A DNA stretch of 64,000 nt from Candidatus Aldehydirespirator sp. (lineage in GTDB: Bacteria; Actinomycetota; Acidimicrobiia; Acidimicrobiales; Aldehydirespiratoraceae). Below the pieces are notes generated by a model that saw only the letters and a program-made list of their open reading frames with translations, was not told where the DNA came from and did not search any database. Shown one piece after another: positions 35,460 to 44,340 of this stretch (within the stretch, counting starts at the first letter, position 1; every line of letters starts with the position of its first letter). Position numbers and translations under genes: made by a program. The stretch covers positions 1,764,154 through 1,828,153 of the forward strand of contig OZ252146.1 in the NCBI GenBank assembly GCA_965248735.1, in the 5' to 3' direction.

Positions 35460-36860
35460 TCAGGCGAAGCCGAAGGCAAGGGGCAGGCCCACAACCACCG
35501 CGACGAGCCAGAGCGCGTAGACGGGAGCGTAGGAAGTCTGCCAGTGCTCGACGGCGGCGAACTCGCGGCGACCCCGCCAGAAGCTGAGGTACAGCCAGGC
35601 CGACCAGGCCAGGTTCACCAGCAGCACCACGTTCTCGCCCAGAGCCGCGACCCGGTTGGGGGTGGCGCCGAAGTCGGACAGGCGGCCGACGATAGCGCCG
35701 AGCACCAGCACGTCTACGAGGAGGGCAGCCACCACGAGCAGCAGCAGCAGTAGGTCGAAGAGGCCGCGTGGGGCGTTCCGGTCGCGGGCGACCACGGAGT
35801 AGATCACCAGGCCGAGCACCAGGGCCAGCAATACGTCGAAGAAGATCAGCACACCCCGTCCGACGTCGATCCCCCTGCCGGTCAGGGCCACGGCTAGGAG
35901 GAACGCGGCCAGCAACACTGTGAACATCGGCGCGAACATCCTCGTGAGCACGGGCGCGATCCTCTCCAGCACACCCTGTCTCGACTCGGCCAGCCAGGCG
36001 GCCACCACGACGGCGCCGGCCGCGCCGCATGGCACCAGCCAGAGTCCGATGAACTGGCCGGTGTCGAGCCCGATGGCAGCGAAGATCCCGGCCGTGGACC
36101 CGGCCAGCACGCCGCCGCCCAGGGCGATCAGCCCGAAGTAGATGACCCACTCACCGGTGAAGCGCACGAAGTCCATGCGCTTGTCGTGGGAGCGCCAGTC
36201 GCCTCCGGCATGAGCGAGTCCGACGACGAGCCATAGCAGGATCGGCACGTGCAGCGCCGCCAGCACCTCAGTGTCTGAGGGGTCGGCGCCGTCTTCGAAG
36301 GGGAACGCGTTGAGCGCGGCCGCGGCCACGACGAACGGCACTGCCAGCAGGGCCAGAGTCTTCGGGTTCAGCCGACGCTTCCAGGCGAGGTAGCCGGCCA
36401 GCATGGGCAGCACCAGCAGGCTGAGGTTGCGGGCATAGAACTGGTCGAAGTTCTCGAGTTCGAGGCCGAACAGCTCGGGCGCCTTGACGGCGACCGCCGC
36501 CGCGCAGGCCAGCGAGCCCATCGCTGCGAACTCACGCTTGGCCTCGGCGGTGCCGGCCCCCGATGCCAGCCCCAGCCGTTGCCACAGTCCCCCGGACCGC
36601 CCTGTGGCGGTACTGGCCCGCTCTCCGGCGGCACTGGCCCGCTCTGCGGTGGCTGTGCGGTCTTTGGCGGTCTCGGCATCGTCGTCTGGTCGGGCTTCGG
36701 CGAGGCGGGCGGCGGCTGTGGTGGTGTCGGGCGATGCCGGTACGACGGCGGTCGTGGCCGCGATGGCCTCATCGAGCGCCCCGATCCGCTTGGCCGCGAT
36801 CAGGAACGCCTCGTCGGGTGCCAGCCCCGCGCTGGCGAGCTCGGTGAGCTGGTCTCGCAA
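35460..36860 (-). CDS. Polytopic membrane protein with a soluble N-terminal helical 'prefix' domain (DUF4153-like, tentative)
   Basis: 466 aa. N-terminal LTELASAGLAPDEAFLIAAKRIG, an Ala/Thr/Pro linker, then about 9-10 TM helices. The frame stays open and protein-like upstream to the TAG at 36942-36944, with no ATG/GTG/TTG, so the true start is unresolved. Confidence 0.6.
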   Translation of the reverse strand: MRDQLTELASAGLAPDEAFLIAAKRIGALDEAIAATTAVVPASPDTTTAAARLAEARPDDDAETAKDRTATAERASAAGERASTATGRSGGLWQRLGLASGAGTAEAKREFAAMGSLACAAAVAVKAPELFGLELENFDQFYARNLSLLVLPMLAGYLAWKRRLNPKTLALLAVPFVVAAAALNAFPFEDGADPSDTEVLAALHVPILLWLVVGLAHAGGDWRSHDKRMDFVRFTGEWVIYFGLIALGGGVLAGSTAGIFAAIGLDTGQFIGLWLVPCGAAGAVVVAAWLAESRQGVLERIAPVLTRMFAPMFTVLLAAFLLAVALTGRGIDVGRGVLIFFDVLLALVLGLVIYSVVARDRNAPRGLFDLLLLLLVVAALLVDVLVLGAIVGRLSDFGATPNRVAALGENVVLLVNLAWSAWLYLSFWRGRREFAAVEHWQTSYAPVYALWLVAVVVGLPLAFGFA

Positions 36861-37003
36861 GCGGCTCTCAAGCTGGTCGTCGCCGGTACGGTCCCGCCAG
36901 TCGTCGATCAGGGCCTCGAGTTGTTCGTCGATGCCGGCAAGCTAGCCGCAGTCTCGAAGCCTCCGGTCAGGTCTGCTGTCATGCCATCGGGTTGAATGGG
37001 GCC

Positions 37004-37444
37004 ATGGACCAGTTCATGCAGGCGGCTGTCGACGAGGCGTTGAAGGGACGGGCCGAGGGCGGCATACCGATCGGGGCGGTGCTCGTGCACGGCGGCGAGA
37101 TCATCGGCCGGGGCCACAACCGGCGGGTGCAGATGGGCTCTGCCATCCGCCACGGTGAGACCGACGCGCTCGAGAACGCCGGCCGGCTGCCGGCGAGCGT
37201 CTACCGCGACTCGGTGATTCATACGACGCTGTCGCCGTGCGCCATGTGCGCAGGGGCGATCCTGCTCTATGGCATCGGCGAGGTGGTGGTGGGCGAGAAC
37301 CGCACGTTCATGGGCGAGGAGGCCCTGCTGTCCGAGCGGGGGGTCTCGGTGACCGTGCTCGATGACGAGACGTGCGTGGCCATGATGCGGGACTTCATCG
37401 CGGCCGAGCCCGACCTCTGGAACGAGGACATCGGCGAGGACTAG
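37004..37444 (+). CDS. Cytosine deaminase, yeast Fcy1 type (CDA-fold zinc deaminase)
   Basis: MDQFMQAAVDEAL...IPIGAVLV..GRGHN...HGE...TLSPCAMCAGAILLYGIGEVVVGEN...DLWNEDIGED aligns along its full length with my recollection of S. cerevisiae Fcy1 (HxE and PCxxC zinc motifs, C-terminal WFEDIGE). A TTG at 36992 is also possible. Confidence 0.85.
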   Translation: MDQFMQAAVDEALKGRAEGGIPIGAVLVHGGEIIGRGHNRRVQMGSAIRHGETDALENAGRLPASVYRDSVIHTTLSPCAMCAGAILLYGIGEVVVGENRTFMGEEALLSERGVSVTVLDDETCVAMMRDFIAAEPDLWNEDIGED

Positions 37445-37560
37445 CCCCGGGTCCGAAACGGACGTAGAGGACTAGCTCCGGGTCCGAAACGGACGTAGAG
37501 GGCTAGTTCCGGGTCCGAAACGGACGTAGTTGTACCCCCACAGGGTGGTCAACTACGTCA
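37441..37560. repeat. Three tandem 31-bp units, each with a GTCCG-AAA-CGGAC mini-hairpin, followed by a larger hairpin. Starts at the deaminase stop codon.
   Basis: CTAGCCCCGGGTCCGAAACGGACGTAGAGGA (37441-37471), CTAGCTCCGGGTCCGAAACGGACGTAGAGGG (37472-37502), CTAGTTCCGGGTCCGAAACGGACGTAG (37503-37529). GACGTAGTTG...CAACTACGTC stem at 37523-37559. Lies between convergent genes. Confidence 0.85.
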
Positions 37561-37579
37561 ATTTCGTGAAGGAACGGGG

Positions 37580-38713
37580 CTAGAGACAGGCTTGGGCGGC
37601 TTCGGCGATGCGCCGGCCCCGCAGGTCGCCCATCAAGTCGGCGTCCATGCGGTTCATCACGTAGGCGACACTCATGCGGTTGTCGAAGTCCACCACGGCC
37701 AGCGAGCCGCCCCAGCCGCCCCAGAACATCTGGCCCGGCTCGATGGTGATCTCGCCGAGCTGGAGGCCGAAGCCGAGTCCGTGGCGCATCTGCACCATCA
37801 GGACTTGGTCGGGTCCGTCGGTCTGCTCCTCCAGGGCTCGGCGCACGCCCGCCTCCGACATCAACCGGACCCCGTCGAGGGTGCCTCCGCACGCCAGCGC
37901 GGCGTGGATGCGGGCGATCGATCGGGCGTTGCCGAGGCCGCCCGCGGCGGGGATCTCCGCGGCCCGCCACTCGCGGGTGGCCGGCTCGCTGGCGGTCATC
38001 GGGCAGCTTGCCAGCGTCTTGACCGCTATGGAGTCCACGGAGACCTCCACGCCGTTGACTGTGAGCTTGTCGCCGCCGAACACCGGGGGCACCAGGGCGC
38101 CGACCCTGTGGTCCTCCGAGGCGGGCAGGCTCATCCAGAAGTCGGCCCCGAGCGGCTCGGCCACCTCGGTGCGGAACCAGTCGGCCATCCGCTGCCCGGT
38201 GATGCGGTGGAGGATCTCGCCCTGCAGGTTGCCCTGGGAGACGGCGTGGTAGCCCGAGGCGGTGCCCGGCTCCCACCACGGAGCCTGGGCCGCGAGGTTG
38301 GCCGCGACGCCGTCGGGGTCGTAGAGATCTTCCACCGCGATGGGCGGGTCGAAGCCGGGAAGCCCCGCGGTGTGGGCCATCACATGGCGGACCAGCACCC
38401 CGTCCTTGCCGTTGCGGGCGAACTCGGGCCAGTACTGGGCCACCGGGGCATCGAAGTCCAGCTCGCCCCGGTCGGCCAGCATCAGCATGCAGGTGGCGGC
38501 CATGGTTTTGGTGGTGGAGTAGACGTTGACGATGGTGTCTCGCTGCCAGGGCGCGCCCTCGGTGTCGGCGTCGCCGCCCCAGATGTCGACGACGAACTCG
38601 CCGTCGACGGTCACCGCCGCAGCCGCGCCGATCTCCAGCCCCTCGGCGAAGTTGGCCTCGAGGGCGGCCCGCACCGCCTCGAAGCCGGGCTTGCATGTCC
38701 CATGGATCTCCAT
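37580..38713 (-). CDS. Serine hydrolase of the beta-lactamase/transpeptidase-like family (class C esterase-like)
   Basis: 377 aa. S-x-x-K motif (YSTTKT) and HTAGLPG. Typical EstB/AmpC-like length. Confidence 0.85.
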   Translation of the reverse strand: MEIHGTCKPGFEAVRAALEANFAEGLEIGAAAAVTVDGEFVVDIWGGDADTEGAPWQRDTIVNVYSTTKTMAATCMLMLADRGELDFDAPVAQYWPEFARNGKDGVLVRHVMAHTAGLPGFDPPIAVEDLYDPDGVAANLAAQAPWWEPGTASGYHAVSQGNLQGEILHRITGQRMADWFRTEVAEPLGADFWMSLPASEDHRVGALVPPVFGGDKLTVNGVEVSVDSIAVKTLASCPMTASEPATREWRAAEIPAAGGLGNARSIARIHAALACGGTLDGVRLMSEAGVRRALEEQTDGPDQVLMVQMRHGLGFGLQLGEITIEPGQMFWGGWGGSLAVVDFDNRMSVAYVMNRMDADLMGDLRGRRIAEAAQACL

Positions 38714-39045
38714 GCCCCATCATGGCGCGACATAGCCGCGGTGCGCGCTGGCGAACTGTGCGTCAGTGGTTGACTGCACGCAGGCGACGCGGCGTGGAGG
38801 CCTGCGGCGTGGCCACAGTCATCTTGGTCCAGCGTCGCATCAGCGCGAGTTGACTTATAATTAATCTACTGCTATGACAGCAAGTTAACTTCATCATAAT
38901 ACCCTCATGACAGTTCCCACGACTGCTCTTAATGGCCTTTAGAAACACTGAGCGTGTCTTCGGGCTGTCGAGTACCGCCCAGCTAGCTAGGAAGGATGCG
39001 ATCACCATGTGGCGCTCCAATCAGAAGACATCGAATCGCAAGCCA

Positions 39046-39471
39046 ATGGACAATCAGGAACAGGAAGCGGTGGCCGGAGCCAGGGACGCTCTCGCCCGGG
39101 TGATTGCGGACGGCAGTCACTCTGACCGCTCTCTCGCTATCGAGGCCATCCAGGCAATGGATCGCGGCTGGCACGATGACGGGAGGCGGTATTCCGTGAC
39201 TCACCGGCTGGCGAGGGTGTACGACGCCAGGTTCGGCCTCCTGGGCGCGTTTGCCGAGAACACCGACACATTGCCCGCTGCGGCTTCCAAACAGATGCAG
39301 GCAGCCCTGTACGCGATCGACCACCTTGCCAACGTGTTGTTGACCCGCCTGGCGACCGTGGGCGTGGCCATCTACCCGACGATGGAAGCTCCCTGCGGTG
39401 AGGTGCTGGAGTTGCCGACAGCAGAGAAGGACGACTTGCTGAGCGCCATCGAGCAGGGTTCCCGCGATTGA
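39046..39471 (+). CDS. Hypothetical protein
   Basis: ORF 38932-39471. ATG at 39046 (MDNQEQE) chosen because the upstream part lies in a low-GC, probably non-coding patch. No motif recognised. Confidence 0.35.
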   Translation: MDNQEQEAVAGARDALARVIADGSHSDRSLAIEAIQAMDRGWHDDGRRYSVTHRLARVYDARFGLLGAFAENTDTLPAAASKQMQAALYAIDHLANVLLTRLATVGVAIYPTMEAPCGEVLELPTAEKDDLLSAIEQGSRD

Positions 39472-39553
39472 GCAGCGACTGCGGCCGCGGCAACCGGCAC
39501 GAGGTCGTGGAGCGCGCTCGTGCCACGCGATCGCCTTGAGATATCATCAATGC

Positions 39554-39760
39554 ATGAGTAAGACATCTCTTGAAATCGATCATGATATCGCTACGGAGGC
39601 GGCGAGAATCTTGGGCACGAAGACGCTGCGCGACACTGTCGACGCATCGATGCGCGAGATCGTCAACGCCAAGCGTCGCCTCGAGCTGATCGCCATGCTC
39701 TCAGACCCGGAGCGCTACGACCCGGCCGTTCTCGACGATGCCTGGGGTGGCGAGTCCTGA
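39554..39760 (+). CDS. vapB: Type II antitoxin VapB (RHH/DUF2191-like)
   Basis: MSKTSLEIDHDIATEAARILGTKTLRDTVDASMREIV pattern typical of actinobacterial VapB. Ends 1 nt before the PIN gene. Confidence 0.8.
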   Translation: MSKTSLEIDHDIATEAARILGTKTLRDTVDASMREIVNAKRRLELIAMLSDPERYDPAVLDDAWGGES

Positions 39761-39761
39761 C

Positions 39762-40181
39762 ATGGCCCGTGCCGTCTACCTGGCCGACACGAGCGCTTTC
39801 GCTCGTCTAGGCAAGCCCCATGTCGCCGCGGCCATCGCTCCGCTCGTTGCAGAGGGCAGGATCGCGTTGTGCGCGCCCGTCGCGTTCGAGCTCGGCTTCA
39901 GCGCCCGCAGCGCGGCCGACCACGACGCTGTCATGAGCCGCATCGACGCATTCGAGTCCGTGCCGACGACCGAGGGCGACCACCGGCGGGGGCTCGAGCT
40001 GCAGAGGCTGCTGGCGGGTCGGGGCCGGCACAGGGCTCTGTCCCTTGTCGATGCTCTCGTTGCCTCGACTGCCGAGAGCCGCGGCCTCGCCGTCCTGCAC
40101 TACGACGCCGACTTCGATGTCGTATCCGAGATCACCGGCCAGCCGACTGAGTGGATCGTCGAACGAGGCTCTGCGGACTGA
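39762..40181 (+). CDS. vapC: Type II toxin VapC (PIN-domain ribonuclease)
   Basis: MARAVYLADTSAF (first acidic residue) ... FELG ... LVDALVAST ... HYDADFD. These are the four conserved acidic positions of PIN domains. Confidence 0.85.
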   Translation: MARAVYLADTSAFARLGKPHVAAAIAPLVAEGRIALCAPVAFELGFSARSAADHDAVMSRIDAFESVPTTEGDHRRGLELQRLLAGRGRHRALSLVDALVASTAESRGLAVLHYDADFDVVSEITGQPTEWIVERGSAD

Positions 40182-40316
40182 TGCGCCGGTCCCGCCCGGC
40201 AGGTCGGCGCGACCCGTCAATGATTGAGTTGCGATAGCGGAGCGCCAGCGGGCAGTGTTCGTAAGCCGATCCCGGATAGGCGGGAGCCGGCGGCGAGCGA
40301 GCTTGAGGGAGTGGCG

Positions 40317-40838
40317 ATGGGTTTCCCCCGCGAGGAGATGGAGGAGATGTGGGGCCGGTGGACCGCGGTCAACGAGGCGGCGGAGGCTGCCGACGACTGG
40401 TCCGGGCTCGGTGCCTTCTACACCGAGGATGCGTACTACACGTGGAAGGTGGGCCATCACATGGAGTTCGCCGCCCACGGCCGCCATGAAATTGTCGACC
40501 ATGTGCTGGCGTTCGAGATGGTCGGCTTCGAGGGTTGGACCTACCCCTACCAGAAGGTGGTGGTCGACGACTCCCGGGGCGAGGTCGTCGGGTACTGGCT
40601 TCAGATCACGCCGTTCGAGGACGAGGCGGGCAGGCGGATCCAGACCAACGGGCCGGGGTGCTCGTGGTTCCGGTACGCCGGCGACTTCAAGTGGTGCGAG
40701 CAGATGGACCTGTTCGACGTTGACGATGTGCAGGGGGTCTTGAAGAAGCTCAACAAGCTTGGTCTCTTGAGCGACGAGTTCAAGGCCCGCCAGCAGCGCT
40801 ACCTCGACGGCACGGCCCCCGGCTCGCGCTTCGTGTAG
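40317..40838 (+). CDS. NTF2-like (SnoaL-type) superfamily protein
   Basis: ATG at 40317 after GAGGGAG. About 173 aa with W/Y-rich alpha+beta pattern (WGRWTAVNEAAEAADDWSGLGAFYTEDAYYTW). Assignment from general pattern only. Confidence 0.5.
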   Translation: MGFPREEMEEMWGRWTAVNEAAEAADDWSGLGAFYTEDAYYTWKVGHHMEFAAHGRHEIVDHVLAFEMVGFEGWTYPYQKVVVDDSRGEVVGYWLQITPFEDEAGRRIQTNGPGCSWFRYAGDFKWCEQMDLFDVDDVQGVLKKLNKLGLLSDEFKARQQRYLDGTAPGSRFV

Positions 40839-40861
40839 GCGGCGGGGTCGGGGAGCGGCAG

Positions 40862-41611
40862 ATGGACTCTCTGCGGGGTGCGGCGGTGGTGGTGACCGGG
40901 GCCAGCTCCGGGATCGGCCGGTCCGTGGCCGAGCGCTTCGTGGCGGCCGGTGCCCAAGTCATGACCGGCAGCCGGAGCGAGCCGCCTGACGGGCTGGGCC
41001 GATGGGTCCGCACCGACGTGGCCGACTCGGTCCAGGCCGATGCCTTGGTTTCTGCGGCGGCAGAGGCGTTCGGGCGGGTCGATGTGGTGGTGAACAACGC
41101 CGGTGTGCAGGTGGAGAAGACGGCGGCCGACACCACCGACGAGGAGTTCGACTATGTGATGGGCGTGAACGTGAAGGGTGTGTTCAACGTGTGCCGGGCC
41201 GCGGTGCGCCAGATGCGGGCCCAGGCGGGTGGCGGCGTGATCGTCAATGTCGGCTCGATCTCGGGCCGGGTCTGCGACCACGGCATGGCCGTGTACAACG
41301 CGTCGAAGGCGGCGGTGCACGGCTTGACCTGCTCGATCGCCATCGACCACGGCGCCGAGGGCATCCGCTGCAACGCAGTGCTGCCCGGCTGGATCGCCAC
41401 ACCCATGGCCGACTCCGTCTTCGATCTGGCCGCCGATCCGGGCGCGGCCCGGGCCGCGACGGTGGAGCGTCACCCGGTGGGCCGCCTGGGCCGCCCGGAG
41501 GACGTGGCCGCTCTGGTGCTGTGGCTGGCCGGCGACGAGGCGTCGTTCGTGTCGGGGAGCCTGTTCACCATCGACGGCGGCCTAACCGCCCAGACCCCCA
41601 TCCCCCCCTGA
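40862..41611 (+). CDS. Short-chain dehydrogenase/reductase (SDR)
   Basis: TGASSGIGRS cofactor motif, NNAG, and catalytic YNASKAAV. Confidence 0.9.
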   Translation: MDSLRGAAVVVTGASSGIGRSVAERFVAAGAQVMTGSRSEPPDGLGRWVRTDVADSVQADALVSAAAEAFGRVDVVVNNAGVQVEKTAADTTDEEFDYVMGVNVKGVFNVCRAAVRQMRAQAGGGVIVNVGSISGRVCDHGMAVYNASKAAVHGLTCSIAIDHGAEGIRCNAVLPGWIATPMADSVFDLAADPGAARAATVERHPVGRLGRPEDVAALVLWLAGDEASFVSGSLFTIDGGLTAQTPIPP

Positions 41612-41636
41612 GCCCGGGCCGGCGGGGGGCCGCTCG

Positions 41637-42083
41637 TCAGAGGAGCGCGATCGTCAGCGGCACGGACATCGACACCGCGAACCCGAGGAGCACCGCCGCC
41701 ATCCATCGCGTGTGCTTGGCCAGCGTGAGTTGCAGTCCGGCGAACCCGGTCCTCACCTCGTCCTTGAGCTCGGACAGCTCCTTGTTGGTCTGGTCGAGCC
41801 GGGTGTTGGTTGCGTCGATGCGGGCCCCCTGCCGCAACTCGGAGGCCGCGATCTCGACCATGAGCCGCCCCTCGGTCTCCTTGAGCGCCCCCTCGAACAT
41901 CTTCTCGCTGGCCTTGAGCTCGCGTTGAAGCAGCTTCTCGCTGGCCTTGACGTCGTCCTTGGTGGCGACTTGGTCCCAACCGCTTGGGGGTAGCTGCTCC
42001 ATGAGGGTCCTCGCTGCCTCCTGGCCGATCGCGCCGGTCAACTGGTTGTGCAGCGTCGTGCGTTGCGCCTCGGTGATTGCCAT
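41637..42083 (-). CDS. Tail-anchored coiled-coil protein (DUF1640-like), paralogue 1
   Basis: 148 aa. EQLPPSGWDQVATKDDVKASEKLL, coiled coil, and a C-terminal TM helix (WMAAVLLGFAVSMSVPLTIALL). Paralogous to 42347-42769. Confidence 0.6.
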   Translation of the reverse strand: MAITEAQRTTLHNQLTGAIGQEAARTLMEQLPPSGWDQVATKDDVKASEKLLQRELKASEKMFEGALKETEGRLMVEIAASELRQGARIDATNTRLDQTNKELSELKDEVRTGFAGLQLTLAKHTRWMAAVLLGFAVSMSVPLTIALL

Positions 42084-42346
42084 GGCGGCGCCCCCTCTAC
42101 TCGATGGTCCTCTCGATTAGCGGGGAGCTGCCAAAGGTGCTCCCGATTCACTGTCGACCACGCTGCGGTGATCTCAATGATCCGGACGATGCCGGTATCC
42201 GCACTATAGCATGAGGTCACTTGAACAACCACATCACATCAGTAAGATGAATCTGCTGCCGCAGTCCGGCCATCGGGCCAGCGGCGGCCTCGGAGCAGCC
42301 CTCACGGGCGCCCCCAGCCGATCAACCTTGAACGGACGGAGGCTCC

Positions 42347-42769
42347 GTGATGGCCGCAACCCAAGCACAGCGCGCTGTGCTGTACACGAACTTGGTGGAA
42401 TTGATGGGCGAAGAAGCTGCCGACAGCCTCATGGGCGAGTTGCCGCCCGCCGGCTGGGACCGCATGGCCACCAAGGACGACGTCGCCGGCGCCGAGACGC
42501 GCCTGCAGGCCGCCTTTGCGGCCGCGATAGCCGAGACCAACGTCAAGCTCGCTGAGAGTCACACCAAGCTCGTCGAGGGCCAGGCCAAGCTCGTCGTGAG
42601 CTACGCCGCCCTGATGGTCGCCATGCACGAGGGCTTCGCCGAGGCTGCCAAGGAGCGGGCCGAAATCATCAAAGGCCAGGCCAAGCAGCTCTACGTCATC
42701 GTCTCCACCATCGCGGCGGCCACCATCTCGATCTGGATAGCCCTCTTCACCGGAGCCGCCAGCGCCTAA
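42347..42769 (+). CDS. Tail-anchored coiled-coil protein (DUF1640-like), paralogue 2
   Basis: 140 aa. GELPPAGWDRMATKDDVAGAETRL, coiled coil, and a C-terminal TM helix (YVIVSTIAAATISIWIALFTG). Divergent from paralogue 1 across a low-GC spacer. Confidence 0.6.
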   Translation: MMAATQAQRAVLYTNLVELMGEEAADSLMGELPPAGWDRMATKDDVAGAETRLQAAFAAAIAETNVKLAESHTKLVEGQAKLVVSYAALMVAMHEGFAEAAKERAEIIKGQAKQLYVIVSTIAAATISIWIALFTGAASA

Positions 42770-42911
42770 CTCGATTCGCCCCGTCGCCCTGAGGCCACCG
42801 AGCGATACGACGGTAGATCGTGCGGGCCGCGTGGGGTTGCGATCAGGAACCGACGACTACCTGGCGCGATGGCCGTCCGTCGTCTGCCGTCTCAGCGGCT
42901 GTGCGGATTCC

Positions 42912-43442
42912 ATGAGCACCTCCGCGTTCATCGACGAGTCGATCCGGCGCGATCGCTATCTCATCTGCGCATCGGTGATCGACGCCCGCAACCTCACCGT
43001 CACGCGGCAGGCTTTGCGGTCGCTCCTGAGCGCCGGGCAGCGGCGCATCCACTTCAACAGCGAGAGCGATAGCAGACGACGCCGGTTCCTCAGCGAGATT
43101 GCCTCCCTCGAAGTTGCCAACATCATCTGTAGTGCCAGCGGCCGCGATCAGGTCGGCGCACGCGCCGCGGCGCTCCATGAGGTCGTTGTTCATCTACGCC
43201 GCTGTGGCGTTCGCCGGCTGGTGCTTGAGACACGTCAGGGGCAAGATCATCGCGACCGCGCTGTGATCCGGCAGGTGGTAACTCCCGACTCGGCGACCGT
43301 GTTCAGCTACACCCATCAGACGCCTAGGAGCGAGCCGCTGCTGTGGGTGCCGGACGCGGTCGCATGGGCCTGGGGCCGCGGCGGCGCTTGGCGGCGGAGG
43401 CTCCGGGAACTGCGACTGGTGAGTCGAGAGTGGGAGGTCTAG
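42912..43442 (+). CDS. Hypothetical protein with N-terminal FIDES motif (DUF3800-like / RNase H-like fold, tentative)
   Basis: ATG at 42912 (MSTSAFIDESIRRDRYLICASVI). Further conserved-looking acidic positions (LVLETRQGQDHRDR, LLWVPDAVAWA). The assignment is weak. Confidence 0.4.
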   Translation: MSTSAFIDESIRRDRYLICASVIDARNLTVTRQALRSLLSAGQRRIHFNSESDSRRRRFLSEIASLEVANIICSASGRDQVGARAAALHEVVVHLRRCGVRRLVLETRQGQDHRDRAVIRQVVTPDSATVFSYTHQTPRSEPLLWVPDAVAWAWGRGGAWRRRLRELRLVSREWEV

Positions 43443-43551
43443 GCCGACGACCTCGCAACAAGACGTCGGAAGGCCCGACCGCTCACCGTCCGGTGAGGAG
43501 TCGGGCCCACTTCCTCGGGCTACTGCCCTCGGCGATCTCAAGTATGCAACT

Positions 43552-44250
43552 TCACGCCAGTTTTCGCAAGCGGTGGCCGCGGCTGATGAGTAGAGCGGCT
43601 GCGGCCGCTGCCAGGGACGCCGCTGCTAGGACCTGTGGACCGCAGCCGGTTGACGCGGCTGGGGCGTGCTTTCGCTTCGTGTTGCCCGCCGGCGCCCGGC
43701 CGGGTCGGCGGCCTTGCGGATGATGGCGACGTTCGGGTGCGTCACCGTGCTCGACCCATTCCTCTAGTCGCTCCTTGGCGTCCCAAGATTTGCCCTGGAG
43801 TTGCTGGAGGGTGCTGCGCAGGTAGGCGTGCTCAGAGGCGTCGGCGAGGGCCATCAGCTCGATGTTCTCGTGAAGTCCGGCAATGGTGAGGTTGGCCGAC
43901 CCGACCAGGAACGCCTGCGGGTCTCCAGCGTTGTCGCAGGCCGCCCACACCTTGAGGTGGGCCTCGGAGCGTCCCTGGCTGGAGCGCCCGGTGCGATACC
44001 AGTTGAGCACGGTCACGTTGCTGCGCTGCACGAAGTTGAGCGCGGCGCGGCGGTCGGCGTCGGTGGCTAGGGCGAAGTTGCGGCTCTTCATGTCGCCGAT
44101 GAGCAGCGTCACCGGCCGGCCGTGGGCGTGTTCGGAGAGCCACACGATCCCCGCCACGCTCGCCGACCCCACGCACACCACCAGCGGCCCGGTCGGATGC
44201 GACGCCAAGAACCGCTCCACCCGATCCGCCGCAGTGTCGCTGAGAGCCAC
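43552..44250 (-). CDS. Single-HKD phospholipase D-superfamily nuclease (Nuc/NgoFVII-like) with a hydrophobic C-terminal tail
   Basis: 232 aa, GTG start. HKD motif HLKVWAACD...FLVGSANLT. C-terminal basic linker then AAASLAAAAAALLI. Confidence 0.8.
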   Translation of the reverse strand: MALSDTAADRVERFLASHPTGPLVVCVGSASVAGIVWLSEHAHGRPVTLLIGDMKSRNFALATDADRRAALNFVQRSNVTVLNWYRTGRSSQGRSEAHLKVWAACDNAGDPQAFLVGSANLTIAGLHENIELMALADASEHAYLRSTLQQLQGKSWDAKERLEEWVEHGDAPERRHHPQGRRPGRAPAGNTKRKHAPAASTGCGPQVLAAASLAAAAAALLISRGHRLRKLA

Positions 44251-44340
44251 GAACTCCGAACTCTATACTGCGCCTATATTCATTGTTGCGAATCATGGAT
44301 CGGCCCGCTCCTCGCGGTCTGAACTGTGTCAGGAGGCACC

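Noticed and set aside
38763-39020. 85-aa minus-strand ORF in the low-GC patch at the island's left edge.
   Set aside because: It has no RBS or motif, overlaps the equally weak 5' part of ORF 38932-39471, and the region contains a promoter-like TTGACT...TATAAT-rich sequence. It is more likely non-coding.
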